A stretch of 64,000 nucleotides of DNA from an uncultured Clostridia bacterium (lineage in GTDB: Bacteria; Bacillota; Clostridia; Christensenellales; HGM11417): contig CALVJY010000001.1 in the NCBI GenBank assembly GCA_944332455.1, forward strand, positions 77,872 through 141,871. Direction: 5' to 3'. Numbering within the stretch: the first letter of the stretch is position 1; every line of letters begins with the position of its first letter. This document shows, one piece after another, positions 9,697-19,364 of the stretch. Under the pieces are notes generated by a model, which worked only from the letters and a program-made list of their open reading frames with translations, searched no databases and was not told the DNA's origin. The position numbers and the translations under genes are program-made.

Positions 9697-11181
9697 TCAG
9701 TTTTGCCCGTTGGTCTCGGCCTGTGCGGGTTCCGCGGCGGTCTGCTCGGGTTCCGCGGCGGCGCTTTCCTGGACCGGCTCGGCGGTCTCCGCTCCGGAGA
9801 TCCGGGCTTCCGTTCCGGCTTCCGGCGCGGCCTCAGCACCTGCAGCGGGCGCTTCGGCGGTCTGCTCGGGTTCAGCAGAAGATTGGCTCTCAACGACAGT
9901 CTGCTCGGGTTCAGCGGCAGCGGCGGCCTCGGCGGTCTGCTCGGGCGCGGCTTCGGCCTGCGCCGGCTCCTCCTTGCGGGAGAAGCCGACCGGCTGAGCG
10001 GGCTGGAGGTCCTCGGCATAGACCTTTACGGTGGTCTGACCGCCGGTCACGCAGACCATCTTGGTGACGTTGGGATCGATCTCGTTGGCGGTGATGAACA
10101 GGGGCTTATCCAGATACTCGCCCTCGGTGACCACAAAGTAGTTGGCGTTCTGGGGGGCCATGTCGCGCTCCTTCAGCACGGACAGGTCGATGGTGCTGCC
10201 GGCGGCAAAGGTGGCGGCCAGATCGTTCAGGCTGTAGACGGCCTTAATGAAGCGCTGGGGCTTTTCTTCCTCAATGATCTCCACGTTTTTGGCCTTGTCG
10301 GCAAAGCGGTTGTCCCAGGTCTCCACTTCCTCGATGACCTCGGAGACCCGCAGCAGATAGCCGTAGCCCTTGCGCTCGAAGTCGGTGTACTCGTCCGGGA
10401 AGAGGGGGACGTAGTCGGTGGGCTTGAAGCGGGGACGCAGGGTGAGCTCGTTTTTCTCCATGATCTCCCGGATGAGTTCCTGGGCCTGCTTGACCGAACG
10501 CCGGGTGCGCAGCCGGAGGGTGAAGGGGATCAGCTCGAAGCCCCTCCGCTCCGAATAGTCCTGCTGCTTGTAGACCTCCTCGTCAAAGGCCTTGGGGTCC
10601 AGCGGCAGATGCAGGCGAAGGGTGAGGCCCCGGAAGGTCAGGCGGCCGTAGAGCACTCCCTTTTTCTTGAAGTTTTCCCGGCGCTTGCCCATCCGGCCGC
10701 GGATGCCGTAGGAATGGTATTCGTTGTGGATGATGCTGTAGAACTCCTTGACCTTTTCCTTGTTGGTGCGCAGGCGGAGTTCGAAGGTCTTGCGGGCGGG
10801 AATGCGCTTGAGGGGCTCCCCATCGGGGGTCAGGGCGGGAGCCGCGGCGGCCTGCTCGGCCTGTTCGGCCTTCAGGCGGGCCAGCTCCTCGTTGGCCTCC
10901 CGGTTCAGCTGCTCCATCTCCTCGGCCTCGTTGGCGGCGATCAGGATCTGACCGTCTCCGGCGCCGGCCGCCACGGCGGAGCGGCGCTCGGGCAGGGGCT
11001 TGGAAAAGTAGTCCGCCCGGCGTCTGATCCGGCGGCCCTTGCAGCAGCACTTGACGATGAACTTGATCAGTTTGATCAGCCAGATGATGGCGAACGGAAT
11101 GGCGATGACGACGGCCGCGATCAGCAGGATGGTGGGGATCAGCCCCAGCGTGTCGGTCAGGCTCTTCATGAATTCATTCAT
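9697..11181 (-). CDS. Membrane-anchored protein with a basic central domain, uL15-like C-terminal domain and Ala/Glu/Pro tail
   Basis: N-terminal TM; YSLNDLAATFAAGSTIDLSVLKERDM...LDKPLFITANEIDPNVTKMVCVTGGQ resembles the uL15 globular domain; AEPEQTAE repeats. Confidence 0.75.
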   Translation of the reverse strand: MNEFMKSLTDTLGLIPTILLIAAVVIAIPFAIIWLIKLIKFIVKCCCKGRRIRRRADYFSKPLPERRSAVAAGAGDGQILIAANEAEEMEQLNREANEELARLKAEQAEQAAAAPALTPDGEPLKRIPARKTFELRLRTNKEKVKEFYSIIHNEYHSYGIRGRMGKRRENFKKKGVLYGRLTFRGLTLRLHLPLDPKAFDEEVYKQQDYSERRGFELIPFTLRLRTRRSVKQAQELIREIMEKNELTLRPRFKPTDYVPLFPDEYTDFERKGYGYLLRVSEVIEEVETWDNRFADKAKNVEIIEEEKPQRFIKAVYSLNDLAATFAAGSTIDLSVLKERDMAPQNANYFVVTEGEYLDKPLFITANEIDPNVTKMVCVTGGQTTVKVYAEDLQPAQPVGFSRKEEPAQAEAAPEQTAEAAAAAEPEQTVVESQSSAEPEQTAEAPAAGAEAAPEAGTEARISGAETAEPVQESAAAEPEQTAAEPAQAETNGQN

Positions 11182-11229
11182 TTTCTCTTCCTCACTTCAA
11201 AAGCTTTAGTCCGGATCTCCGGGATTCGG

Positions 11230-11574
11230 TCATTCGGCCGACGATGCGGCCTCGGCCAGCGCCTCGGCCTTGCGGCGGGCCAATTCCTCATCGGCCTCGC
11301 GGTTGAGGCGTTCCCGTTCGGCTTCCTCCTCCGCCGAGATCAGGATTTCGGCGTGCTCGGCCCGGCCGACGGACCTCCGTGCGGCCTGCGGGGGCACAAA
11401 GCAGCCCGCGGCCTTTTTCCGGGCTCCCCTTCCGATGCAGAGCCCGATCAGGAACCGGATCAGCTTGACCAGCCAGATGATGACGAACGGCACGGCGATG
11501 ACCGCCGCCGCCACCAACAGGATGGACAGGACCGGCCCCAGACTGTCAAACAGATTCCTCAGAAATTCCGGCAT
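11230..11574 (-). CDS. Short paralog of the N-terminus of 9697..11181 (TM plus coiled coil, 114 aa)
   Basis: VIAVPFVIIWLVKLIRF vs VIAIPFAIIWLIKLIKF; LNREADEELARRKAE vs LNREANEELARLKAE. Confidence 0.8.
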   Translation of the reverse strand: MPEFLRNLFDSLGPVLSILLVAAAVIAVPFVIIWLVKLIRFLIGLCIGRGARKKAAGCFVPPQAARRSVGRAEHAEILISAEEEAERERLNREADEELARRKAEALAEAASSAE

Positions 11575-11844
11575 AACCCTTCCCCTTTCCAAAAAATGAT
11601 GCTGCCCGGACCCTTCCGCAGAGAACAGCTCATTCCGGGCCACTATCATTATACAACATCTTTCCGAAAATTTCAATGATTTTTCGCAAATTCCCGCGAT
11701 TTCCCGAGAAAAACTTGGAAACCTTTTTTCCGCTCTTTCCGGCCGACACGACAATTTTGTGACATTTCTGGCAAAAGCGGGCGGTTTTTGGGGTCAACTA
11801 CCCGGAAAATGCGGAAAAAGCCGGGAAAACACGGGTTTTTCTGC

Positions 11845-12579
11845 TCATTCCTTCGGTTTTTCGCCGGCCTGTTTTTCCGGCTCTTCCTTCCCCTTTCTGG
11901 CGGCCTCGCGGGGGGCGTGCTTCTTCTCGGCCTCCTTGCGGCGGCGGGCCTCCTCGGCCTGCTTCTCCTCGGCAAGGCGCTCCTCCTCGGCCATCTTCTT
12001 CTCCCCCTCCCTAAGGTCTGTCACCGTGCGCAGGATGCGCTCGGCCACGATGCGGTAGGCCGCAGCTTCGGCCGCCATCTTGAAGGCCACGATCTCCAGA
12101 TTGTTGACCCGCTCCCCGGGGTTGTCCCCGCCGTCCTCGGACTTTAAGGTCTCCACCGCCTTTTGCAGGGCGGTGTTCTGGACGTCGGCAAAGGTGTCGT
12201 AGGCCTCCCGCCCGGGCAGGATGGCCCGGAAGTCTTCGATGGCCGAGCCGATGACCGGGATGGGCAGGGTCTGCTTTAAGATGCAGAGGGGGATCAGCCG
12301 CCCCATGTGGCCCTTGGTGTACTTTTTGCCGTTGGGCTTGGGAATGGTGCGGTACTTGACGTAGTTATTGACCATGGCCGGGGTCAGCGTCCGCTCCTCC
12401 GGCGACATCTTCAGGGGCTCGAGCTGGCGGTCCATGTAGTTGACCACCTGGTCCATGTAGAGCTCGATGTCCGGCATCCCCTCCCAGTCGGTGACCCGGA
12501 AATGTTCCAGCCGGTCCAGCCAGGCGTCAAAATCGGCCAGCTTGTCCTCGGCGAATTTGTCGAAATCTTCTCTCTTCAT
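11845..12579 (-). CDS. DUF1836-family putative DNA-binding protein
   Basis: WEGMPDIELYMDQVV and LTPAMVNNYVK...PKPNGKKY signatures. Confidence 0.85.
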   Translation of the reverse strand: MKREDFDKFAEDKLADFDAWLDRLEHFRVTDWEGMPDIELYMDQVVNYMDRQLEPLKMSPEERTLTPAMVNNYVKYRTIPKPNGKKYTKGHMGRLIPLCILKQTLPIPVIGSAIEDFRAILPGREAYDTFADVQNTALQKAVETLKSEDGGDNPGERVNNLEIVAFKMAAEAAAYRIVAERILRTVTDLREGEKKMAEEERLAEEKQAEEARRRKEAEKKHAPREAARKGKEEPEKQAGEKPKE

Positions 12580-12844
12580 GCCGGCCTCCTGCCGGGCGGA
12601 AGGGATCAAAGCGCCCCTTCCGTCTGCTTCCGGTCCGCAGTCTTTCCCCCTTTTCGGGGGGCCGGGACCGGTCTTCCCCTTTAGTGTACCATAAAAAGTT
12701 CGGGTTGGCAAATATTTTCACCAAAAATACACAGAAAATACTTGCCATAATTTTTAAAATGCTGTAAACTAGTATTGAAAACTAGATGACGGCACATAAT
12801 ATAAAAGATGATCCCGCTGCCGAGGGACCGTAAGGAGGTTTTTC

Positions 12845-13543
12845 ATGCTGAACAGAATCATGGTCTTCGGAGACTCGCTGCTGCGCGGCGTCGTCCTGGA
12901 CTCCCACCGCCGCTACACCCGCCTTCCGGTCTGCACCGCCCAGGAAGTGCAGAACACCCTGAACATCGAGATCGAAAATTATTCGGTCTTCGGGATGACC
13001 GCGGCCAAGGCGCTGAGGCGGTATTTTTCCGACGGGAAGCAGTCCTTCCGGGACGCCGCGGTGCTGATCGAGTACGGCGGGAACGACTGCAATTTCAACT
13101 GGAAGGAGATCTCGGACGCCCCCCTCGGCGAACACCGGCCGGTCACCGAACTGCCCGCCTTCGAAAATGCCCTGGAAAAGATGGTCCGGACCGTTCAGAA
13201 AGAGGGCGGCACCCCCATTCTGATGACCCTGCCCCCCCTGGATTCCGAACGCTTTCTCGCCTGGGTCTCCGCCGACGGCGCCAGGCGGGAAAACATCCTG
13301 CTCTGGCTGGGCGACGTGGAGCACATCTACCGCTGGCAGGAGCGCTACAGCAACGCCGTCATGCGGGTGGCCGCCCGCACCCGGGCTTCCCTGGCCGACG
13401 TGCGGGACTGCTTTTTGGCCCGGGCCGACTACCGGGACTGCGTCTGCGAGGACGGCATGCACCTGAACCAGAAGGGCAACATGCTGATGGCGGACTTCTT
13501 CATCCGCTACGCCAACCGCCACCGGCTGGAGCTGGCCGTCTGA
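12845..13543 (+). CDS. SGNH/GDSL hydrolase
   Basis: FGDSL, YGGND, DGMH motifs. Confidence 0.9.
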   Translation: MLNRIMVFGDSLLRGVVLDSHRRYTRLPVCTAQEVQNTLNIEIENYSVFGMTAAKALRRYFSDGKQSFRDAAVLIEYGGNDCNFNWKEISDAPLGEHRPVTELPAFENALEKMVRTVQKEGGTPILMTLPPLDSERFLAWVSADGARRENILLWLGDVEHIYRWQERYSNAVMRVAARTRASLADVRDCFLARADYRDCVCEDGMHLNQKGNMLMADFFIRYANRHRLELAV

Positions 13544-13798
13544 ATCTTCCGTTCAAAATCCGGATCGGCCCCGCGGCCTGATCTCTCAAAACGTTCAATA
13601 ATAAAAAAAGGAGCTGGGATCCCGCAAAAAACGGATACCCGGCTCTCTTTGCTTTTCAGCTCCTTGGCCCCTATGTTTTTTCCCGGGTTGAGGCGGCGAG
13701 ATCTTCGGTCCTCCCCCTTCATGATCTCCCTTCTTTTACGACTTCTAAGGCATTCGGAAGCATCCGATCTCTCCGATCCCGAAATCTTTTCCCTTCCC

Positions 13799-14890
13799 TC
13801 AGTCCTCCCGGCTGACCTGGCCGCCCCGGACCCGGAAGCGGGTGACGGGGAGTCCCTCGAACAGCGCGGGGTCGACGGCGGCCGCGGTGATCAGGGACTG
13901 ACTGCCGGCGCACAGCTCCAAAAGCCTGCGGGCGCGGTCGTTGTCCAGCTCGGAGAGTACGTCGTCCAGCAGGAGGATGGGGACCTCTCCCCCGATCTCC
14001 CGGAAGAGGCTGAGCTCGGCCAGCTTGAGGGAGAGGGCGGCGGTGCGCTGCTGTCCCTGGGAGCCCTGCACCCGGAGGTCGACGCCGTTGGCGGTGATGC
14101 GGATGTCGTCCCGGTGGGGGCCGACGGTGGTGAATTTGAGCTTCATGTCCTTTTCGAGGGCGGCCTTCAGGGCCTCGGCGAGCAGCTGTTCGGGGTCTCC
14201 CTCGGCGGGGATGCGGGTGGCGTAGGAGAAGTCCAGCTCCTCCTCCCCGTCGGTGAGGCGGGCGTGCACCCGTCTGGCCTCGGTCACCAGCCGGGCCAGG
14301 TACTCCCGCCGGCGGGCGATGATGACCGCCCCCTCCCGGCAGAGCTGCACGTCGTAGGGAAAGAGCATGTCGGTGACGTCCCGCCCGTACCCCTGCTTGA
14401 GCAAGTTGTTCCGGGAGAGCAGGGCCTTGTTGTAGCGGGTGAGGGCGTAAAAATAGCTCTTGTAGGCCTGGGAGAGGTCCATGTCCAGAAAGCGGCGGCG
14501 GGATTCGGGGGCGTCCTTGATCAGGCTGAGATCGTCTGGCTGGAAGTAGATGGCGGCCACGTTGCCCAGCAGTTCCCCCGTCCGCAGCAGGGGCACGCCG
14601 TTGAACAGGATGCGCTTGTTCTCCCCCCGGGAGAGGATCATCTCGGTGCGCACGGTGCCCCCCGTCTTTTGGGCCAGCATGGAGATCCTGGCCCGCTCCT
14701 GCCCGCTCATGATGAGGTCCCGGTCCCTGGCCCGCACCGACTTGCCCACGCAGAGCATGAGCACGCTCTCCAGAAGATTGGTCTTGCCCTGCGCGTTTTT
14801 CCCCGTGATCAGGTTGATCCCGTCGCCGAACTCCACCGTCTGATCGGTGTAGTTGCGAAAATTCTGGAGTTGGACGCGCAGCACTTTCAT
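13799..14890 (-). CDS. recF: DNA replication/repair protein RecF
   Basis: NFRNY, GKNAQGKTN, GPHRDD, GSQGQQR, LLLDDVLSELD. Confidence 0.96.
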   Translation of the reverse strand: MKVLRVQLQNFRNYTDQTVEFGDGINLITGKNAQGKTNLLESVLMLCVGKSVRARDRDLIMSGQERARISMLAQKTGGTVRTEMILSRGENKRILFNGVPLLRTGELLGNVAAIYFQPDDLSLIKDAPESRRRFLDMDLSQAYKSYFYALTRYNKALLSRNNLLKQGYGRDVTDMLFPYDVQLCREGAVIIARRREYLARLVTEARRVHARLTDGEEELDFSYATRIPAEGDPEQLLAEALKAALEKDMKLKFTTVGPHRDDIRITANGVDLRVQGSQGQQRTAALSLKLAELSLFREIGGEVPILLLDDVLSELDNDRARRLLELCAGSQSLITAAAVDPALFEGLPVTRFRVRGGQVSRED

Positions 14891-14912
14891 CTGAAAAAGG
14901 TCCCCGTTTTAC

Positions 14913-14941
14913 TTTACTAAAAGTGAATAAAGTGGTATAAT
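14913..14941 (+). promoter_or_regulatory. Putative dnaA promoter
   Basis: TTTACT-17-TATAAT with extended TG. Confidence 0.6.
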
Positions 14942-15029
14942 AGAAGTCCACAAAAAAGGAGGGCAGAGCGGCCTCCTCCCCGCGGGAAGGGGGACGGCCC
15001 TTCGGGGGCGGCCTTTTGCCCCAAGCATT

Positions 15030-15059
15030 ATTATAGCACAAAAACCGGAAAAATCACAA
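15030..15059 (-). promoter_or_regulatory. Putative recF or antisense promoter facing the dnaA promoter
   Basis: TTGTGA-18-TATAAT with extended TG. Confidence 0.55.
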
Positions 15060-15277
15060 GAGTTTCGTGGCTTTTCCGGAGGCCGGCAGACAAAGATTTT
15101 TGTTTGCCGTCGATTTTTGTGCCCGGGAGATCCCGGCACAGGGGTTTTGGCCTTTCCCCGGCAGAAAAGAGCCGCGCTTTTGGAAGGAAGGATGATCGGA
15201 CGCAGGCAGTGACGGGCGGGGCCGGATGAAGTCGGACCATCTTTTTTAAGTACTTTTACGGGACGGAAACAAGGTTT

Positions 15278-16669
15278 ATGAGCAAAGATCTGAAAGAATT
15301 CTGGACTCAGGTCCTCCAGCTGCTGGAGCCCGCCACCGACCTCGTCAGCTTCGAGGTCTGGCTGCAATCCCTGGAGCCTCTGGAGATCGTGGACGGCAAG
15401 CTGGTGCTGATCAGCCCCACCGACATGGGGGTCAAGGTCATCCAGCAGCGGTTTTTGAAAAATCTGGAGACCGCCGCCGCCCGGGTCAACCCCGCGGTGA
15501 AGGAGGTCCGCCTGGTGGCGGCCGGGGATCTGACCGAGTACCTTCGCTCGCACATTTTGCCCGAGCCCGAAAGCCAGCCCGAGGAGGAGCCGGTCAGCGC
15601 CTTTGACGAGCCCTCCATGTTCCAGCCCAAGTACACTTTCGACAACTTTGTGGTGGGCAAGTCCAACCAGTTTGTGGAGGCGGCCGCCCGGGCGGTGGCC
15701 GACAACCCCGGCACCACCTACAACCCCCTGTTCATCTACGGGGGGAGCGGACTGGGCAAGACCCACCTGATGCACGCCATCGGCAACCACCTGCGGGAAC
15801 ACCGGCCCGAGCTGAAGCTGTGCTACATCACCAGCGAGCGCTTTGTCAACGAGCTGGTCGACGCCATCAAGGAAGGCAACGTCAAGACCGGCAAGGACAC
15901 CACCCGGCAGTTCCGCAACAAGTACCGCAACGTGGACGTGCTGATGATCGACGACATCCAGTTCATCGAAAACAAGCCCTCCACCCAGGAGGAGTTCTTC
16001 CACACCTTCAACGACCTGTACCAGTCCAACAAGCAGATCATCGTCTCCTCCGACCGGGCGCCCAAGTACTTAAGCGATCTGCAGGACCGCCTGCGCTCCC
16101 GCTTCCAGTGGGGGCTGATCGCCGACATCCAGCCCCCCGAGCTGGAGACCCGGCTGGCCATTTTGAAGAAAAAGGCCGAAAACGAGAAGTTTAACGTGGA
16201 CGAGCGGGTGTACGAGCTGATCGCCTCCCAATCGGTCACCAACATCCGGGAGATGGAGGGCCTGCTCTCCCGCATCACCTTTTACGCCTCCCTCACCGGC
16301 CGCCAGCAGGTGACCTACGAGGACGCCTGCGAGGCCCTGAAGGATTACGTGGACAGCCAGAAGGAATCCCTGACCGTGGACCGCATCATCGACGTGGTGT
16401 GCGAGTACTACAAGGTCACCAAGGAGGAACTCTGCGGCAAGAAGAAGAACAAGGAGATCGTGGACCCCCGTCAGGTCTCCATGTACATCATCACCGACCT
16501 GATGCCCTCGGTCCCCCTGGCCGCCATCGGGCAGATCTTCGGGGGGCGGGACCACACCACGGTCATGCACGCCCGGGACAAGATCTCCGAACAGGTCAAA
16601 AACGGCACCGGCAATTCGGTGGCCGTCTCGGACATCAAGGACCGCCTGACCGCGGGTCAGAAGGCCTGA
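15278..16669 (+). CDS. dnaA: Chromosomal replication initiator DnaA
   Basis: YTFDNFVVG, YNPLFIYGGSGLGKTHL, LMIDDIQF, RLRSRF, FGGRDHTTVMHA. Confidence 0.98.
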   Translation: MSKDLKEFWTQVLQLLEPATDLVSFEVWLQSLEPLEIVDGKLVLISPTDMGVKVIQQRFLKNLETAAARVNPAVKEVRLVAAGDLTEYLRSHILPEPESQPEEEPVSAFDEPSMFQPKYTFDNFVVGKSNQFVEAAARAVADNPGTTYNPLFIYGGSGLGKTHLMHAIGNHLREHRPELKLCYITSERFVNELVDAIKEGNVKTGKDTTRQFRNKYRNVDVLMIDDIQFIENKPSTQEEFFHTFNDLYQSNKQIIVSSDRAPKYLSDLQDRLRSRFQWGLIADIQPPELETRLAILKKKAENEKFNVDERVYELIASQSVTNIREMEGLLSRITFYASLTGRQQVTYEDACEALKDYVDSQKESLTVDRIIDVVCEYYKVTKEELCGKKKNKEIVDPRQVSMYIITDLMPSVPLAAIGQIFGGRDHTTVMHARDKISEQVKNGTGNSVAVSDIKDRLTAGQKA

Positions 16670-16974
16670 TCCGACCCTTTCGGCCCCTCCCCCGGGGGGG
16701 CCTTTTTCATGCCCTTTTCCGCGGCGGAGGAAACACTGTCAGAACTTTTTTGTATCTTGTTCCTTCTGTGACGGTCGAAAGAAGAGGAAAACCGACTGCC
16801 AAGCTCCACGGCACGGCGGGCGCTTTTATCTTTTGCCCTGAATGGCCTTTCGCCGAAAAGAGGCATTTTCTGCTCCTTTTATCAGCCAAAAGCGGCCCTC
16901 CCGAGGGAGGGCCGCTTTGTTTTGCTCTGATTTTTCTTCTCTTTTCCGGTATCAGACGGAAAAATCCGGATGCT

Positions 16975-18549
16975 TCACAGATCTGCTTTGCTCTGCTTTT
17001 TGTCCGCTTTTCCGGGCTGAACAGCCTCCCCGGCCGGGGCGGATCCCGGCCCTTCGGTGGGCGCTTCGGCCGGGGCGGATCCCGGCTTTTCGGAGGGCCT
17101 TTCGGCCGGGGCGGATCCTAACTCTTCGGAGGGCTTTTCGGCAGATGCGGATCCCGCCTCAGCTTCCGTCGGCCCGCAGGGCGCGGTCTTTTCGTCGGAG
17201 GAGGCCGAACTCTTTGAGCCGCTGTCCTCCGGCTGGTTCAGAAAGGCCAGCTCTTCGGCCCGTTCGTCCGCCCGGGACCGGCCGCGGCGGAACTTCAGTT
17301 CGGAGACCTCCTGCCTGGCCCGGCGGTCGTTGAACTCCTTCCGCTCTCTGCGGATCCTGGCCCTGGCCCCGATGAGCACGGCCAGCCGCTCCCGGCTGTG
17401 GGCGAGCATCTCTCCCGCTCTCGCCGCCACGGCCGCGTACTCCCCGAAGGAGAGCGCCTTGGCCCGGCAGGCGGCGCTTAAGATTCGCTCGGCCCGGCGG
17501 ATCTCGGCGGCGGCGTCTTCGGCCTCGTAGACCTCGTCGGCCGCGCAGCTTTCGGCCTTGAGCGCGGCCTCCTGGGCCAGAAAGGCGGCATAGCGCAGGG
17601 CCTTCAGGGTCCGCTTTTCGTTCCCCTTTCCGGCCTGCTCGGCCACCTCCTTCAGCCTCTTCTGGCTCTGTTCCAGCCGCTCGTCCAGGGTCTCCAGCGG
17701 ATCCTTGCGGATGCGGCGGAAGGCATAGAGGATGATGATCCCCACCAGCAGCAGGATGCCGATGGGCGCCGCGATGGCCCGGACGGCCTCGGGCAGGATG
17801 ATCAGATCGCTGACCCGCAGGACGTACGAGACTTCCTGCGAACCGGTCCGGGTGGTCACCCGGGCGGTCAGTTCCCGGGTCCCCTTTTGCAGGTCCGTCA
17901 GGGTCAGACGGGCGCCCCGGCCGATCTCCTGTCCTCCCTCCAGCCAGACGATCTCCCCGGTCAGAGGTCCCGCGCCCCCCGCGGTCAGGAAAAATTGGGC
18001 GGTCTCCCCTTCCAGGTAGGCGCTCTTGTCTGCGTTCACGGCCAGATCGGCGAGGTCTGCCGTCACGGTCACGGACACTCGGACGACGGACGGACCGTTC
18101 CCCTCGTCGGAGGAAAAGACAAAAAAGAGCTGGCTCTGCCCCGCCTTGAGGGGCAGAAATTCGCAGACGATCTCCTCTCCTTCCGCGGCGCTGCCGAGGG
18201 GCGCCAGGATCTCGGGATCCTCCGCCACCGCGCCGTTTTCCATCAGTTCATACCCCTCCGCCCGGAAGCGCACCGAAAAGCCGGGCTGCTCCAGGGAGAC
18301 GGCTACCTCCCGTTCGCCGAGCAGGGTGACCGCCTCCTCGGACAGCGCGGAAAGGGCGGCCTTCCCAACGAGGTCTCCTTTCTGCCCTTCCCCGTCCCGG
18401 GCGCAGGGACTGACGGCCTCCCAGAGCTGAGCCTCTCCCGAGGCCTCCGCCGCCGTCCCGGGAAGGGCGGCCGCTTCGGCCCGGACGGCGGGGACGGAGC
18501 CGAGAAACAGGACGAGGATCAGGCAGAACACCCCCAAAAAACGTCTCAT
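16975..18549 (-). CDS. Exported/membrane protein (signal peptide, Ig-like domain, TM, helical cytoplasmic part, repeat tail)
   Basis: Start MRRFLGVFCLILVLFLG overlaps the mscS stop; TM AIAAPIGILLLVGIIILYAF. Confidence 0.7.
   Translation of the reverse strand: MRRFLGVFCLILVLFLGSVPAVRAEAAALPGTAAEASGEAQLWEAVSPCARDGEGQKGDLVGKAALSALSEEAVTLLGEREVAVSLEQPGFSVRFRAEGYELMENGAVAEDPEILAPLGSAAEGEEIVCEFLPLKAGQSQLFFVFSSDEGNGPSVVRVSVTVTADLADLAVNADKSAYLEGETAQFFLTAGGAGPLTGEIVWLEGGQEIGRGARLTLTDLQKGTRELTARVTTRTGSQEVSYVLRVSDLIILPEAVRAIAAPIGILLLVGIIILYAFRRIRKDPLETLDERLEQSQKRLKEVAEQAGKGNEKRTLKALRYAAFLAQEAALKAESCAADEVYEAEDAAAEIRRAERILSAACRAKALSFGEYAAVAARAGEMLAHSRERLAVLIGARARIRRERKEFNDRRARQEVSELKFRRGRSRADERAEELAFLNQPEDSGSKSSASSDEKTAPCGPTEAEAGSASAEKPSEELGSAPAERPSEKPGSAPAEAPTEGPGSAPAGEAVQPGKADKKQSKADL
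17031..17155. repeat. 36-bp coding tandem repeat, ~3.5 copies (GSAPAE-type)
   Basis: cggccggggcggatcc at 17031, 17067, 17103; degenerate copy at 17139. Confidence 0.8.
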
Positions 18550-19364
18550 CGCTTCCCGCCCTCCGCTTTTGGGGGGAGGGTGCCGCCGGGAATGGCGATC
18601 CCCTCTTCCCGGAAGGCCTTGATCACGGCCTCCGCCACCTCGTAGTAGACCTCGTCCCGATCGGCGTTGTTCACCCAGGCCTGGGCCAGGAACTTCAGGC
18701 AGTTGACGGCCTGTTCCTGCAGCCCCACAAAGGGCTCCGGCTCGGACAGCACCTTGGGATGGGCCTTCAGACAGCGCCGGATGACCGCCTTGACCTGGTC
18801 GAGATCGGCGTCGCAGCTCACCGAAAAGATCCATTCCGCCCGGCGGGTGGGACGGGCCGAATGGTTGACCACCGTGCCGGCCGTCACCTCGGAGTTGGGC
18901 AGGACCACTTTCCGGTTGTCCGTGGTGACCAGCTCCACGGTCAGCATGCGGATGGCCCGCACCCGGCCGGTCACCGAACCGATCTCCACCAGATCCCCCT
19001 CCTGAAAGGGCTTGGTGCCGATGATGACCACTCCGTTGGCCAGATTGGCCAGCGAATCCTGCAAAGCCAGGCCGACCGCCAGGCCGACCGCCGAGACGAT
19101 GGCCACAAAGGAGGTCAGGGGAATGTTCATCATGTTGGCCACGATGAAGGCCAGCACCACGTAGAGCAGCAGGCGCAGCACCGAAAGGATAAAGCCGGAG
19201 ACCGAATTGTCCACCGGACTCTTTAAGAAGGCGGCCTTTAAAAGCCGAAGGATGACCTTGATGACCACCACGCCGATGACCAGCACGGCCAGCAGCTCGA
19301 ACACCCGCCAGCCCGTCTGGGAGAGGAAGTCCACCACGGACTCCCACAGTTCCTCGAACGTCAC
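18546..19364 (-). CDS. mscS: Small-conductance mechanosensitive channel
   Basis: GLAVGLALQDSLANLANG, KPFQEGDLVEI, VVLPNS. Confidence 0.92.
   Translation of the reverse strand: MTFEELWESVVDFLSQTGWRVFELLAVLVIGVVVIKVILRLLKAAFLKSPVDNSVSGFILSVLRLLLYVVLAFIVANMMNIPLTSFVAIVSAVGLAVGLALQDSLANLANGVVIIGTKPFQEGDLVEIGSVTGRVRAIRMLTVELVTTDNRKVVLPNSEVTAGTVVNHSARPTRRAEWIFSVSCDADLDQVKAVIRRCLKAHPKVLSEPEPFVGLQEQAVNCLKFLAQAWVNNADRDEVYYEVAEAVIKAFREEGIAIPGGTLPPKAEGGKR

Noticed and set aside
13507-13722. 71-aa ORF or sRNA downstream of recF
   Set aside because: It has an RBS-like sequence but runs through a terminator-like hairpin and into the convergent SGNH gene; insufficient support.
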